NCBI GenBank assembly: GCA_951406725.2
Contig: OX597814.1
Coordinates: 110,732,001 to 110,796,000 of the forward strand
Length of the DNA: 64,000 bases
Source of the DNA: Octopus vulgaris
Lineage: Eukaryota
Reading direction: 5' to 3'
This document shows positions 1 to 12,612 of the stretch, piece after piece. Under the pieces are notes generated by a model. The model was not told where the DNA came from. It saw only the letters and a list, made by a program, of their open reading frames with translations, and searched no databases. Each line of letters opens with the position of its first letter. Position 1 is the first letter of the stretch. Both the position numbers and the translations under genes were made by a program.

Positions 1-74
1 TATTGAGAAGACCAGAGTCAAAGAATGTGACATTACCTGAGTAAATCTACCGCCCAGTCGTTACGTGTGGGATG

Positions 75-444
75 TAGGCGCAGGTGTGGATGTGTGATAA
101 GAAGCTTGCTTTCTAGCCACATGGTTCCGTGTTCAGTCCTGCTGTGTGGCACCTTGGGCAAGCATCTTCTACTATAGCCTCAGGCCGATCAAAGCCTTCT
201 GGGTGGATTTACTAGGCGGAAACTGAAAGTCCGTCGTGTGTGTGTAGTTGTCTGTTTTCCAGCACTGCTTGACATCTGGTGTTGGTATATTTACGTCCCT
301 GTAACTTAGCGGTTCTGCAAAAGTATATCTACAAGGTTTAAAATAGAAATAAGTACTGAGGTCCATCTATTCAACTAACAATTATCCAAGGCGGTGGTGC
401 CCCAGCATGGCTGCAGACTAATTAATGACTGAAACAAGTAAAAG
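75..444 (+). mobile_element. tRNA-derived SINE, family A (octopus-type)
   Basis: A/B-box-like head, GGCACCTTGGGCAAG core, internal (TG)n, tail ...CAGCATGGCTGCAG...GAAACAAGTAAAAG; many other copies in the window. Confidence 0.85.
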
Positions 445-977
445 GTAGATTGTTTTAACGAGTAATTTATGTATTGGTGTTTTCCTATTTGCCTTGATGT
501 CTTTAAAAATATTTGAGATAAAATGGATTCTGTTTGGCAGAATTAGAGACCCTAAACTTCTGTCTCCTCCAGTACCCATGAATGTGATGCAATAAATAAC
601 ACCACGTGTGTTTATTTGAGGAATTGTGTTTGTTAGAATAATTGCTAAGATTCATCGTCTCCCACACTTGACGAGATAAAAGCAGTTGAAACAGCGACCA
701 TCTCCCCTTGCTGTCCCTTACCAGGACACAGTTATACACAGTTGAAGCAACATATGGTCTCTTATTGTTTTGTAGAACAATTAAAAATGTTCTTTTAGTC
801 AGATGACTGTTTGTCGTAGAGTAACTTTAAAAAAAAGTAAACTTTTATCTTGCTTGTAAATTAATACAAATAATTATCAAAGTGGATGCTGTTCGTGATT
901 GAGAAGTGGAAGTCGTATTTGAAGTAATTAAGATTGCTATATTTATTTAAGACTTATTTTCTCTACCATTTTCCAAG

Positions 978-1114
978 AACGTCGCTGGCTATTGTAGAAA
1001 GAGGACTCGGCAAATGAAATTCTTTTGAATCTCCAAGAGAGTCAAGGCTATTGAACAGGTTGCAAGATGCAACGAAAATTTTAGGAAAATAAGAATTAAG
1101 TGGAAATTTTACCG
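978..1114 (+). other. candidate non-coding (5'UTR) exon
   Basis: Pyrimidine-rich ...TTTTCCAAG acceptor (AG 976-977) and consensus donor CCG/GTGAGT at 1115; stops in all three frames; CpG-retaining unique DNA. Confidence 0.25.
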
Positions 1115-2229
1115 GTGAGTGTGTTACATTATAAGACAAAAAAAGAAAATGACTCTCCCCAGACATAGCAGAATGAAATCTTTAAATTTCTCTTTTATTA
1201 AAGAAAGTATTCTCTGAAATGGGACACTCGATGTTAAAAGCCTTCATCGTTAGATTGTAACTGTAGAAGGTTGGGATAGATCCGGGTAGAAAAATAAATG
1301 TGGACAAGTTTAGTGATGATAAGAACCAACTCTGGAGACGTCTGGACTTGTCACCTTGTTGACTTGGAACGATGACAGGAGTTTTCGCCCCTGGTGACTG
1401 TGTAGTTGAGGTGGGGAAAATTTGTGTGTGTAGAATTGGAAGCAAAACAAACAACCAATGTGTGCTATTTACAGAACTCTGTTGGCGGGTAGGAGGATTC
1501 TGCTCAGTTAGTAGAGAGATCCTATTGGCAAGGGACCAGAAGGTTCAGTTGCAAAGTGGGAAGCCAGACATTATAAGCCGCACAGTGCACGAAAACATCC
1601 TTTACTTTCCTATTGGTCGTCTTGTATGCGTTTAGGTGGTGGGTAAACGTGGTGGTGGAGTATAGTTTCTTTCTGGTGATATTGTAGGCAGTGTTCGTCG
1701 TATCTACAGTTACAGTGTAGATGTTGGGTGGCAGGGATTTTTGGTTAGTGTTAGGTGTGTGTGTGGAGGGATATACGTAGGTGGATGGCGTCAGTGAGAT
1801 ATTAAACTGTTTCGGATGGATCAAAGGTGAAACGTTTGCTAGCAAGAGCAAGCAGTGAGCAATACATGCAACTTGGCGGTATTTCTGCTCTGTTGAGAAA
1901 CGCGAGTTCGTGGGTGTGTGTGTGGTGTGAGGGTCAGGGTGGGGTCAGTCCTTGATGGTGAAACGATGCTGGGTGACTTTGTAGTGATTATACACTGATC
2001 AACAATCTGATGGAAGCGGCTGGTATTTAATAACCCTTTAATTATTTCTAACACACACACGTGTGTGTGTGTGTACCGACGGAAATATAACGTCTGTTCA
2101 TTTATCGTATATCCTTTTGGTCATTTTGCATATTGAACTGTGGCCATGCTGGGGCTCTGCTTTCATAGAACATGATCGATTATATCACTTCTTGTACTTG
2201 ATTAATATTTTTTTACGCTTGATTCTAAA

Positions 2230-2645
2230 ATCATCACCACCATCGTTTAACGTCCGCTTTCCATGCTAGCCTGGGTTGGACGAATGACTGAGGGCTGGCG
2301 AACCAGATGGCTGCACCAGGTTTCAATCTTGATCTGGCAGAGTTTCTACAGCTGGATGCCCTTCCTAATGCCAACCACTCCGAGAGTGTAGTGGGTGCTT
2401 TTACGTGTCACCAGCACGGGGTCCAGTCAGGCGGTACTGGCAACGACCTCGCTCGAATCTTACACATGCCACCGGCACAGGTGCCAGTAAGGCAATGCTG
2501 GTAACGATCACGCTCGAATGGTGTCTTTTACGTGCCACCGGCACGGGGGCCAGATAGCCGCTCTGGCAACGATCACGCTCTAATACCCTACTAGTACGGT
2601 CTCGAGTGCCAGTAAGGCGACGCTGGTAACGATCACGCTCGGTGC
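2230..2645 (-). mobile_element. RTE-clade LINE 3'UTR fragment (family C)
   Basis: (ATG)n-type tail, GGAAGGGCATCCAGCTGTAGAAAC motif, internal tandem units; same sequence follows the RTE ORF end at 54750-55600. Confidence 0.85.
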
Positions 2646-2922
2646 CAAAATAACTTCTGAAATACAGACATGGTAAATTTAAATCTGGTTTTCCCTCCCC
2701 TCTAGGAGGATAAGTCTTTCGTCGCATTATTATTGCTTTCAAATGAACTTTCTTGTGATTAATTTAGCAAAAAAGTTTTAAATCTCACAGCCTTTTCAAT
2801 TAAAAAGGCTTACCGTCGTCTGTATGAAGATTAAATGCTTTTGGCTTCGCATAAGTTGCTTTACTAAACTTGCTTGAACTGGATGAAGAACTGGTGGATC
2901 GTGAGAATGTGTGTGTTTTGGG

Positions 2923-3333
2923 GGATCTTTTCACTTTGACCGGCAGATTTTTAAAATAATTTCTCCTAGTATCGATCTATTGCATTTCAATCTGTTTTAG
3001 GGTTAAGGTTAGGGGTGGGGGAAGGGTATCTTTTTTTCTTCAGAAATGTAAATAAACCCAATCTGTTTCTTAAACAAATATATAATATGTAACAGGGACA
3101 TTTTCATATGACGCCGCCAGAAAATGTTTTCACCTCAATAAACGTCATTGATTGGTTGAAATTGCTGAAATGCAAGAAATTAAACAACAAATATGTTACA
3201 AACTACAGAATATTCTCAAGAAAGCCAAGAGAAAAAGATATTTTATAAACACATTCTACCAGTGCACGAAGTTAAAACTTTTTTAGTTATATAGAATTAT
3301 TTTAAAAATCTGTTGGTCAAAGTGAAAAGATCC
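2923..3333. mobile_element. MITE with ~40-bp TIRs, GG..CC ends and 8-bp TSD (Merlin/MULE-like, superfamily uncertain)
   Basis: TIR GGATCTTTTCACTTTGACC..CAGATTTTTAAAATAATT at both ends; TSD GTTTTGGG at 2915-2922 and 3334-3341; internal TTAGGGTTAAGGTTAGGG. Confidence 0.85.
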
Positions 3334-4389
3334 GTTTTGGGGGTCTCTGGTGACCACCACCCTACCATTCATTGTAATTTTTTTTTTTTTCATTTAACAG
3401 CGGTTTCCAAGAAATTTCAGAATGATGTCGTGGGTGTAGCTTTGGTATCATGTTTTAGGGCAATTTACGCCCGTTACTGTCTTCCTTACTTCAGCTTATT
3501 TACGTAAAACTTCTCTTTGACGTACATTCAGTTCTAACCAATGTTTTTTGCTCTTGAAAATCTGAAGACTTGCTTGATGAAGGATGAATTCACAGCCGGA
3601 AGTTATTCTTAGTGCAATAGTACGTTTTTGTTTTGTTGTTGTTGTGATTATTATTAGATTAAACGCGAAAGCACTAATAGAGTTGTATTCCTGGATATAT
3701 TTTAAATATATTTCGAATTCAGCGTTTTCTTAATCTTTTCTTTAGCCAATTCTATTAGCCTCTGAGATTAGATTAACCACAAATATATTACCTGTTCATC
3801 AATAGTTTCTCTCCTCATTAGAAATAAGAGGAAAACAGTGAAATTAGATTGGATGTTTTTGCTGTAGGTAAAATATATAAATTGACTCTGAATTCAAAAG
3901 CAAGTCGCATAACATAGCCGTTGTCTTTAATTATGTATGAACATGGACGTTTTTTCCACACAAACGCGTATGGAGTGTTCGATTTATACAAAACCTGTAT
4001 ATTGTGTCTGTGAAATGGGGAACCATGTGATGATGATGATAAACAGTTTAAAGTAGGAATTTAATATGGGTTATTTTAGTTTGCTGTAAACTCCAATGAC
4101 GAACGGGACCAGTTGGATAAGTTTTAGGAGAGATTGCGACTGTTTTATGTAACTAATTTGTAATTAAAAACGTGATTTAATTATAAAATGCTTATTGTTG
4201 TTGTGAGCTAGAAGGTTAATTTTGATCAAAGTAGATTTATAGCATGTAGGCAAGTAGACGTTCTCAAACGATGGTGGAATTTTGGAATAGTAGCCTTTCG
4301 AAGTCCCATCTCTTCTAGGAAAGGAATGGACAATAAGCAAAATATTAAAAAACAGTTCTTTTTTTTGCTCTCTCACAGAATCATGATTT

Positions 4390-4443
4390 TCATTTCCTTT
4401 TCTAATATCCCTGCGTTTACAGGGATATTAGAAAAGGAAATGA
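4390..4443. repeat. perfect 24-bp inverted repeat with 6-nt loop
   Basis: TCATTTCCTTTTCTAATATCCCTG-cgttta-CAGGGATATTAGAAAAGGAAATGA. Confidence 0.9.
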
Positions 4444-4618
4444 GTGACGGAAACTCCGAACTCTTCTTCTTCACCTCGGGAATTTTGAAGACAGTTATTT
4501 CAGAGTTCCCCTCAAACGGCCAAGTAGAGATTTATTTTTCTATTTATCTGAGGACTGTACGTTACAATACATAATGCCGCGGATGGTTGTATAGGCTGCA
4601 GTGTAATAACCCTTATAT

Positions 4619-4658
<40 letters not shown>

Positions 4659-4715
4659 GCTTGCCACTGACCAGCCTACTGCTCTTGGTGTGTTGGTCTC
4701 TGTATAGATCAAGGG

Positions 4716-5064
4716 TTATTTTTATTCTTTTACTTGTTTCAGTTATTTCACTTCGGCCATGCTGGAGCACCGCCTTTACGCCCCCCCCAGGATTTCTTTG
4801 TAAGCCTAGTACTTATTCTATCACTCTTTTGCCGAACCGCTAAGTTACGGGGACGTAGACCCACCAACATCGGTTGCCAAGCGATGGTGGATACACACAC
4901 ACGCACACATACGACGGGCTTCTTTTCAGTTTCTGTCTACTGAATTCACTCACAAGGCTTTGGTTGGTCCCAGGCTATAGTAGACACATGCCTAAGGTGT
5001 CACGCGATGGGACTGAACCCGGAACCATGTGGTTGGGAAGCAAGCTTCTTATCACACAGTCACG
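4716..5064 (-). mobile_element. SINE family A
   Basis: Reverse complement of family A head, core and tail. Confidence 0.85.
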
Positions 5065-5414
5065 CTGTTCTCAACCATTTAAAAAAATTTATTTATGGAT
5101 CCTTTTGATTGCTATTTTATTCTGGCACCCCCCCTCCCGCAACCATTCGATGTTTAAAAACTAGTCTTATAGACGCTTCTTTCAAACTTCCTATTTTATT
5201 TGTCACACACATACGCTTGTGTAGGTGTGTAACAGCAACATCCTTCGACAGAACACGTTTCAGTGACAGGAAACCTGTTGAACTATGTAAAATGTTCACA
5301 AAGCTGTTTCTCGCAATAAGTATACAGACCCTTAAAATACTACTGCAGAGCCTCAATTTGCGGATCACGAAAAATCTTATATGCCCCCCCCCCAACCTCG
5401 GTTGAAAACCATTG
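5065..5414. mobile_element. hAT-type MITE remnant
   Basis: GTTCTCAACC left end and GGTTGAAAACCATTG right end resemble CAGTGGTTCTCAACC hAT TIRs; left end abuts a SINE. Confidence 0.5.
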
Positions 5415-5865
5415 ATTTAGAAGATACTCGTAAAATTAAGAAACCACACCTCGAGCCATCCAAGGAGTTTTGGCATGCTCGAAATAACAAACGAAATTTT
5501 GCTCATATCACATTTTCGCCGTCTTGGAAAACGGTAGGATACATTGTTCTAGACATTGAAACATCTATAATCATAGGTCTACCCTCTCAAGGCTAACCTG
5601 GGGCTAAACAGCAACAGCAAATTAAACGCACTCGCGCGCACACCCAGACAGAGAAAACAACAGACGTTGGTCCTTTGTGATTAATTACAGATGTACGTCT
5701 TCAGTGAACCTCCTACACGGTGTGAAGAACTGGTTCAGTGTGACTAAATATAAATCCATCTGTTCACTTGTTAATTAGATTGAGATGTCCTTGAAAATCG
5801 CGGTGTCTAAAATTTCTGCTTAATTTTGTGTTGGACAAACAAACGTTCTGTAATGAAGAGAGAAA

Positions 5866-6656
5866 ACTATATTGGCGACGGACTTCACTTTACGAAGTGT
5901 TTGTTGTACATCGTGATTGCGTGGAGGAGGTAGGATTTGTTACAGAGGATAATGTAATGATTAAATTTTCTGTAGTTTTTATTTTGTTTCAGTTATTAAG
6001 ACTGCGACCATGCTGGGGCACCGCTTTGAAGAAATTTTTAGTCGAATGAATCGACCTGGTTTTTTTAAAACTTGGTACTCTCTCTATCGTCTCCTTTTGC
6101 CGAACCGCTAGCTTACAGTGACGTAAACACCAACACCGGTTATCAAGCAGTGGTCTCTCACACACACACACCTATGACGGGCTTCTTTCAGTTTCTTATT
6201 TCTTTATTGCCCACAAGGGGCTAAACATAGAGAGGAGAAACAAGGACAGAGAAAGGGATTGTCGATTACATCGACTCCAGTATATAACTGGTACTTAATT
6301 TATCGACCCTGAAAGGATGAAAGGCGAAGTCGACCCCGGCGTGATTTGAACTCAGAACTTAATGGCAGACGAAATGCCGCTAAGCATTTCACTCTGCCTG
6401 CTAATGTTTCTGCCAGCTGCCTACCAAATCCACTCACAAGGCTTTGTTCGACCCGAGGCTATGGTGGAAGGCACTTGCCCAATGTGCCACGCAGTGAGAC
6501 TGAACCGGGAACCGTGTGGTTGGGAAGCAAGCATCTTGCCGCAATAGCCATACCTGACTATACTGGCGATGAACTTCACTTACGAAGTGTTTGTTGTATG
6601 TCGTGAGTCTGTGGGGATTTGTTACTGAAGATAATGTAATGATTATACTTTCTCTA
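5866..6656. repeat. ~100-110 bp diverged direct repeat (5866-5974 and 6557-6656) bracketing a SINE composite
   Basis: ACTATAYTGGCGA..ACTTCACTT(T)ACGAAGTGTTTGTTGTA..GGATTTGTTAC..GATAATGTAATGATTA present on both sides. Confidence 0.85.
5975..6556 (-). mobile_element. SINE family A interrupted by a family B SINE (~6196-6415)
   Basis: Family A breaks at CTTCTTTCAGTTTC and resumes at CTACCAAATCCACTCACAAGG after the family B sequence. Confidence 0.8.
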
Positions 6657-6879
6657 TATGTAATGTTATGTAATAGTTTTGTGTAAGGCATGCAGACATG
6701 GTTGTGTGGTTAAGAAGTTCGCTTGTTAACCACTTTGCTTCGGGTTCAGTTTCACTTTGTGGTACCTACCTTGGGCAAAGTTCTTCAACTACAGCTCCAG
6801 GCCGACCAACACTCTGTGGACAGATTTGTGAATTTTGGAAGCGGAAACTGTACAGAAGCCTGCCCCGCGTGCATCTATA

Positions 6880-7125
6880 TCATCATCATCATCATCATCG
6901 TTTAACGTCTGTTTTCCGCGCTAGCACGGGTTGGACGGTTTCGACCGGGGTCTGGGGAGCTCGGGACTGCCCCAGGCTCCAGTCTAGTCTGGCAGTGTTT
7001 CTACAGCTGGATGCCCTTCCTAACGCCAATCACTCCGCGAGTGTAGTGGGTGTTTTTTACGTGCCACCTGCACAGGCGCCAGAGGGGTCTGGCATCGGCC
7101 ACGTTCGGATGGTGCTTTTTATGTG
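6880..7125 (-). mobile_element. RTE 3'UTR fragment (family C)
   Basis: (CAT)n followed by CGTTTAACGTC..GGATGCCCTTCCTAACGCC. Confidence 0.85.
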
Positions 7126-7380
7126 GGGGGGGGGGTGTGCAGAAATATAGGGGAGCACCAGTGGGGAGGGGTGGTTCAGAGAAATGATGACAGGTTCTAG
7201 GCAAGTAGAACGTAGGATATCGAGAGAGGGGTAATGCATGGTGAAATAGCGTATTGAAGAGGGGGGTTTGAAGAGTAGACACCTATAATGGTGGTGGGAG
7301 AAGCGACATCCGGTATAGATGGAGCAAAATATAGAGATATCCGGTATTGGTGGTGGTGGTGGTGGTGGTGGTAATATTTG

Positions 7381-7471
7381 GGCGAAGGTAAAGAATATGT
7401 ACACCCGGTGGTTAGGGTTCAGGTTTTTGTTACACCGAAAGCCGGTGGTGTACGTATTCTTTACCTCCACC
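7381..7471. mobile_element. 91-bp mini-MITE with 25-bp TIRs
   Basis: GGCGAAGGTAAAGAATATGTACACC / GGTGTACGTATTCTTTACCTCCACC; flanks AATATTTG and AATAATTG (7/8 TSD match); internal GGTTAGGGTT. Confidence 0.7.
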
Positions 7472-7723
7472 AATAATTGTATGTGTTTATATGTGTATGT
7501 GTGTGCACGCAAGCATCTTTGCGTTTATCTTGCACCGTTTGACAACTGTGTTGGTTTATTTATGTTCCGATAACTCGGCTGTTTGGTTAAAAGAGACTTA
7601 ACTAGTGGGGTCATTTTATTAACCAAAAACCTTTCAATATGGTGCTTCAGCACAGCTGGAACCAAATGACTGCAACTAGTAGGAGAAAAATGTATGCATG
7701 TTTCTGTATGTGTTGTTTGTACA

Positions 7724-7754
<31 letters not shown>

Positions 7755-8023
7755 TCTCCTAATTAAAGTATGACATCGATTTGTTTCGTTTTCGGTTTAT
7801 CATTACATACAGCTGATGCGGAATTTATATATATTCTTTGTTTTGATATAATAAAATTAACAAAAAAATATATATAAATTACATAAAAAAACCCATAGAA
7901 ATAACAGCTGCTGTGAGGGTTTTTATTTAATTTTTATGTATTTTTGAATTTATTCATTGTACATATACAATTAGTAAATTCAACCTTTTTTTTATAGATT
8001 TCATCGGTTTCAAAATTAAGTAC

Positions 8024-8060
<37 letters not shown>

Positions 8061-8149
8061 TGATGAAAATTTAACTGTAAGCATTACTATATTCCTCTTC
8101 TGTGGCATGAGTTTTAGTGAGAGTACAAGGTTCCTGGTGCCACCTGGAG

Positions 8150-8355
8150 AACCCACCCTAATGATCTGCTAGAAATATCAGCCAAATCTTCCTAATATCA
8201 CGCATTATCATCTTAAGAACATGGAACAAACCTGTTGGTTGATGTAGTTTTGGTTATATTATGCTCATGAAAAGTAAGATGGCACAGTCACAGCTGGGAT
8301 ACATCTTTGATCATAAGTCTGTTCAATGTAGGTTGAATTGAGGTGAAACAACAAA
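8150..8355 (+). mobile_element. old interspersed repeat, family F (SINE-like)
   Basis: CTGCTAGAAATA..CAGCCAAATC..TTTGATCATAAGTCTG..AAACAACAA; related copies near 5480-5620, 30343-30565, 47030-47210, 55600-55715 and 59715-59900. Confidence 0.55.
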
Positions 8356-8744
8356 AGTACTTGTTAGAAATAGCAGCCGTAGTGCCCTGAAATTGCACTC
8401 TATTTTAAAAAAAGTAATCGTTTATACATTGTATGAGGTCTTCTTGGGTATACTGTCCAAATAAATCGTTGATATTATGTTAAACTGTCATATGTCCAAA
8501 TTTGGCCAAATGAGTTTCTTTTTTTTCTTTTTTTCAATATTTAATTTTGCTTGCAATAGCCGGTTCTATCGTATCTCCAGCTGCTTCAGATGAAAATTGT
8601 CAAAGTGTAGTATAACGGTTTACCATTTTTCAATGGCAGTTATTTTATTTAATCCTCTATTTTCATAATTAACTCATGAAGCGCTGGGATTTGCACTTTC
8701 GTAGCATGGACTGCTGAGCACATTTTATGAAATGAGATTACTAT

Positions 8745-9148
8745 ACTCTTTTACTCTTTTACTTGTTTCAGTCATTTGACTGCGGCCATGCTGGAGCACC
8801 GCCTTTAGTCAAGCAAATCGACCCCGGGACTTATTCTTTGTAAGCCCAGGACTTATTCTATCGGTCTCTTTTGCCGAACAGCTAAGTGACGGGGACGTAA
8901 ACACACAAGCATCGGTTGTCAAGCAATGCTAGGGGACAAACACAGACACACAAACACACACACACATACATATATATATATACATATATACGACAGGCTT
9001 CTTTCAGTTTCCGTCTACCAAATCCACTCACAAGGTATTGGTCGGCCCGGGGCTATAGCAGAAGACACTTGCCCAAGATGCCACGCAGTGGGACTGAACC
9101 CGGAACCATGTGGTTGGTTAGCCAGCTACTTACCACACAGCCACTATG
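8745..9148 (-). mobile_element. SINE family A, young near-full-length copy
   Basis: Nearly the reverse complement of 57374-57789; CpGs retained. Confidence 0.9.
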
Positions 9149-10221
9149 CACGAAAAAAAAAACCGCAAAATATGGTTAAAATATCTTCTTAGTATATAAT
9201 GGTGGCAAGTTTTACATCCCCTGAAAAGTCATTAGTGACGTTAGATCCCAACAAAGGCTCATAAACTAAATGCACCTGTCTGGGCCACAATCGTGGCCTG
9301 CCGACCTCTGCCTGACAGCCACGATCATGGCCTGTCGTACTTTATGTGTTAATTGAAGTGAAAGCAGTGTATTTCAGTAGAAATATGGCAGCACAAAGAA
9401 TAAAGCTTGGCCTTCATAACTGAAAGTATTTCTGATGTCTGCAACCTGCAGACCATCCAATTAATACTCTGCTGTGTTCTGTTTTTCACTTCGGTGTAGA
9501 ATACAGTTAAGTGTTTTGGTTGGAAGAGTCATTAAGTAAAATCACCAACTTTCAGGAAGCATTTCCAACTGATTGAACTCTTGCAGAATTAATACAGTCT
9601 GGAAAGTAAAACTTTCTGCTGTCAAGGTATCTTCGCAAATTAATTAAAAGAGAGACTGTTTTGTTTCACAACATTATATGAAGCCTGAAGAGAAAAATAA
9701 AAAGGCAGTTGGATTGTATAATTAGTATAATTAGTAAGTTGTTAACTGATGTTACTGCTGGTAGTTTTGTAGTTAACAAAGGATTAGTGCTGTTTTGTTC
9801 ATTATTGATATAGTAAGTGTACATTCCCGCCACCCCGAGTTGAAAGAAAGGATTGCCATCTTGTCAACTGCTTTGGTAAACTGTTCTTTCAAAAAAAAAA
9901 AAGTTTTAATATATTCATAAAGTGAATACAGTTAGTCATATTGTTTTGTCTCTTTCCTGTTAGCTGTCTTCTCTTTGTTGTAATGCTTGGGGGGTAAAAA
10001 AAAAAATCTATTTTGGACTCCATGGTAACCTTTGGTTGTACTTAAGTTTAGATTTGTTAAAACATGAAATGTATTCTCAAATTTCAAGATTGCACATAAT
10101 TCATGTCCCTCATCTGAACATGTTTCCATGTACCTCTCCCCCCCCATAAATTCTAAAAGTGAAAACACTCGTTGACTAATTAGTTTAGCTCTTAAAACTC
10201 TGCAGTGCTTTCGTCATTGTT

Positions 10222-10603
10222 GCCATTTAACATACATTTTTCCATGCTACTTGAGGCAGATTTTATCAGCCAAATGCTCTTCATGTCACCAACCCTCATC
10301 TGGTTTTCAAACCAAGTAGTGTTTCCCATGGCCAGACATGTAAGATTTTTAGACAACAGAAGCCTGGAAACGAACGTCACTTGTATAATGGTGATGTTTG
10401 TACAACTATCACACAATTTCAAGGTAAAGTTGCACACGCATGCACGCACATGCGCGCTGGGATTCCTTCAATTTCTGTCTCCCAAATCCACTCAGAAGGT
10501 TTTGGTCAATCCAGAGCTTTGATAGAAGACACTTGCCATGCCATGGGACTGAACCTGAAACCATATGATCGAGAAATAAGCTTCTTAACTATACAGCTAT
10601 GCT
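10222..10603 (-). mobile_element. SINE family E (family A head with RTE-like tail)
   Basis: A-type head at ~10460-10603 joined to a different 3' half ending ...GCATGGAAAAAT..GTTAAATG. Confidence 0.65.
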
Positions 10604-10924
10604 TCGATATAAATTTCCCATTCCTCTCAGAATCTAGAGAATTTGATGCAATGCACATAATCCAGTAGAAAAAAATCCATCAAAATATAATAACTATTGC
10701 ATGAATTTAGTTGGAGTTTGTTGATATGATGATTATTGGTCTACATTGTGAATATAGTTACCTGTTGTCATGTTACTTTCACCTGCCCAGGTATAGGTAT
10801 GTTGAATACAGTTAAGTTGATTACACACAAGTATTTTTACATATATTTTACAAGATATTGGCTCCTAGATATTGATTTCTGTGCCTCAGAGCTAAATTTG
10901 TGTTCCAGTGAGCTTTACCATTTG

Positions 10925-11133
10925 AGCATGGCCGTTGCCAGTATCGCTTGACTGGCAAGTAAAAGCACCCACTACACTCTTGGAGTGGTTGGTATTAGGA
11001 AGGGCATCCAGCTGTAGAAACTCTGCCAGATCAAGATTGGAGCCTGGTGCAGCCATCTGGTTCGCCAGTCCTCAGTCAGATCATCCAACCCATGCTAGCA
11101 TGGAAAGTGGATATTAAACGATGATGATGATGA
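10925..11133 (+). mobile_element. RTE 3'UTR fragment (family C)
   Basis: AGGAAGGGCATCCAGCTGTAGAAAC..TTAAACGATGATGATG. Confidence 0.85.
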
Positions 11134-12612
11134 AGTTGTACAACTATTAGGAAAAGTATTCCGAGATATGTCTTCATCTCCTTCATTTAGAAGTTTTCCA
11201 ACATCTACATCACTAACAAATTAGTGTTTAAAAATCTTAACCATTCACTGATAAGCACATCAATGTCTTTGATCAACTACAGTGATGATCAATTATGTGA
11301 TAATTCCTGGTTAGAATCCATAAATCCCGATATCACTTAGATGTGTGTTTACATCCCTGTAGCTTAGAAGTTTGGCAAAAGGGGGCCAATAGAGTAAGTG
11401 TCACGCTTTAAAAATAAGTACTGAGGTTGGTTCATTTGGCAAGAAATTCCTCAAGGTGGTGCCCCAGCATGGCTGCAGTCTAATGACAAAAACAAGTAAA
11501 AGATAAACAAAAGTAGTGTATTTCAACAGAAATCCAGTAACAAAAGTGTTAAAAGACATTCCCAAACTTTAAGTTCTAAAATATTGAGGTGAACGAGTGG
11601 GTGAAAATAGGACTTTGGTGCATACCCACTCTTTGACTAGTTTAGGCTAATTTAAGAAAAGCAGCAGCAGTAGATTAATAAAGCTATTAATGGTAATTAA
11701 AATATTTTGTTTCAGACGTCTTGCTGACAAATAAAACTTAAGAGGAAATATTCCTTTAACCTATTTTTTTCCAAAATAGATTTCAGAACTGGAGGATTTG
11801 TGACCATGTGACATTTGCATAGGATAAATTAATCTAAGTTTTCACTTGGTGAATTATTGTTTGTCCCTCTTGGCCTCTTTCCTTCCCTCTGACACTGGTT
11901 CTTAGTTTATGTATCAACATGACTCAAAATCTGAGGTCACTATGGCAGCTATTAATTTGTCTTGCTACCATAGTCATTGTAACAGTGAAATTTGGCTTAA
12001 AAAACATTTAAAAATTAATTAAACGTCTTTATTACTAATTGAAGTACTCAATTACCAGAACCTTTCTTACACCAGTTGTGTGTGTTTCATCATTCACTTC
12101 ATCATCATCATCATTCTCCTTTCGGTACTCATCATCACTGTTTAATGTCTGCCTTCCATGTTGGCATGGGTGGAACAGTCTAACAAGAGCCGGCCAGGCA
12201 GAAGCCTGCACCAGACTTCTGTGATTGTTTTGGCAGGATTTTTACAGCTGGATGTCCTTCCTAACATCAACCACTCAGCAGAGTGGACCTAGTGCCTTTT
12301 ACATGGCACAAGCACAGGCGAGGTCGGTTTTGGCAAGGTTTTTACAGCAGGATACCCTTCCAAATGCCAACCACTTTACAGTGTGGACTAGATGCTTTTT
12401 AAGTGGCACCAGCATTGACAGGGTCACCAAGTACTTTGCAGGACAAAAAAATCTTTTGAGAGGGGATGGGGCATTGGAGGAGGTGATCTTGTGTCTGATA
12501 ATGAAATGTTATAGTGTGACAGAGAGACAGACTCTTCCTTGTTGTTATTCTCAAGTAAGTCACTGAGGTTTGGATTCAGCACTTAAAGTACAAGAACAAA
12601 TACAGCATCGTC

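Larger units (their letters stand above)
6685..7690 (+). mobile_element. SINE family A split by later insertions (5' part ~6685-6865, 3' part ~7490-7690)
   Basis: Head/core and tail are separated by an RTE tail, a purine-rich segment and a mini-MITE. Confidence 0.65.

Noticed and set aside
1182-2060. Overlapping ORFs of 73-109 aa in unique DNA
   Set aside because: No recognisable domain or consistent splice structure; composition explained by GT-rich sequence
2997-3015. Telomeric repeat or chromosome end
   Set aside because: Only about three imperfect units, inside a MITE
3570-3620. TTGATGAAGG..CCGGAAG hammerhead-like string
   Set aside because: Both core boxes deviate and there is no credible stem III or UH site
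7400-7450. GGTGGTTAGGG resembling a pistol ribozyme P1 loop
   Set aside because: No P1 pairing or CCCTAA pseudoknot partner; better explained as mini-MITE interior
8916-9192. ORFs such as YSRRHLPKMPRSGTEPGTMWL / EDTCPRCHAVGLNPEPCG recurring many times
   Set aside because: Antisense translations of SINE family A, not genes
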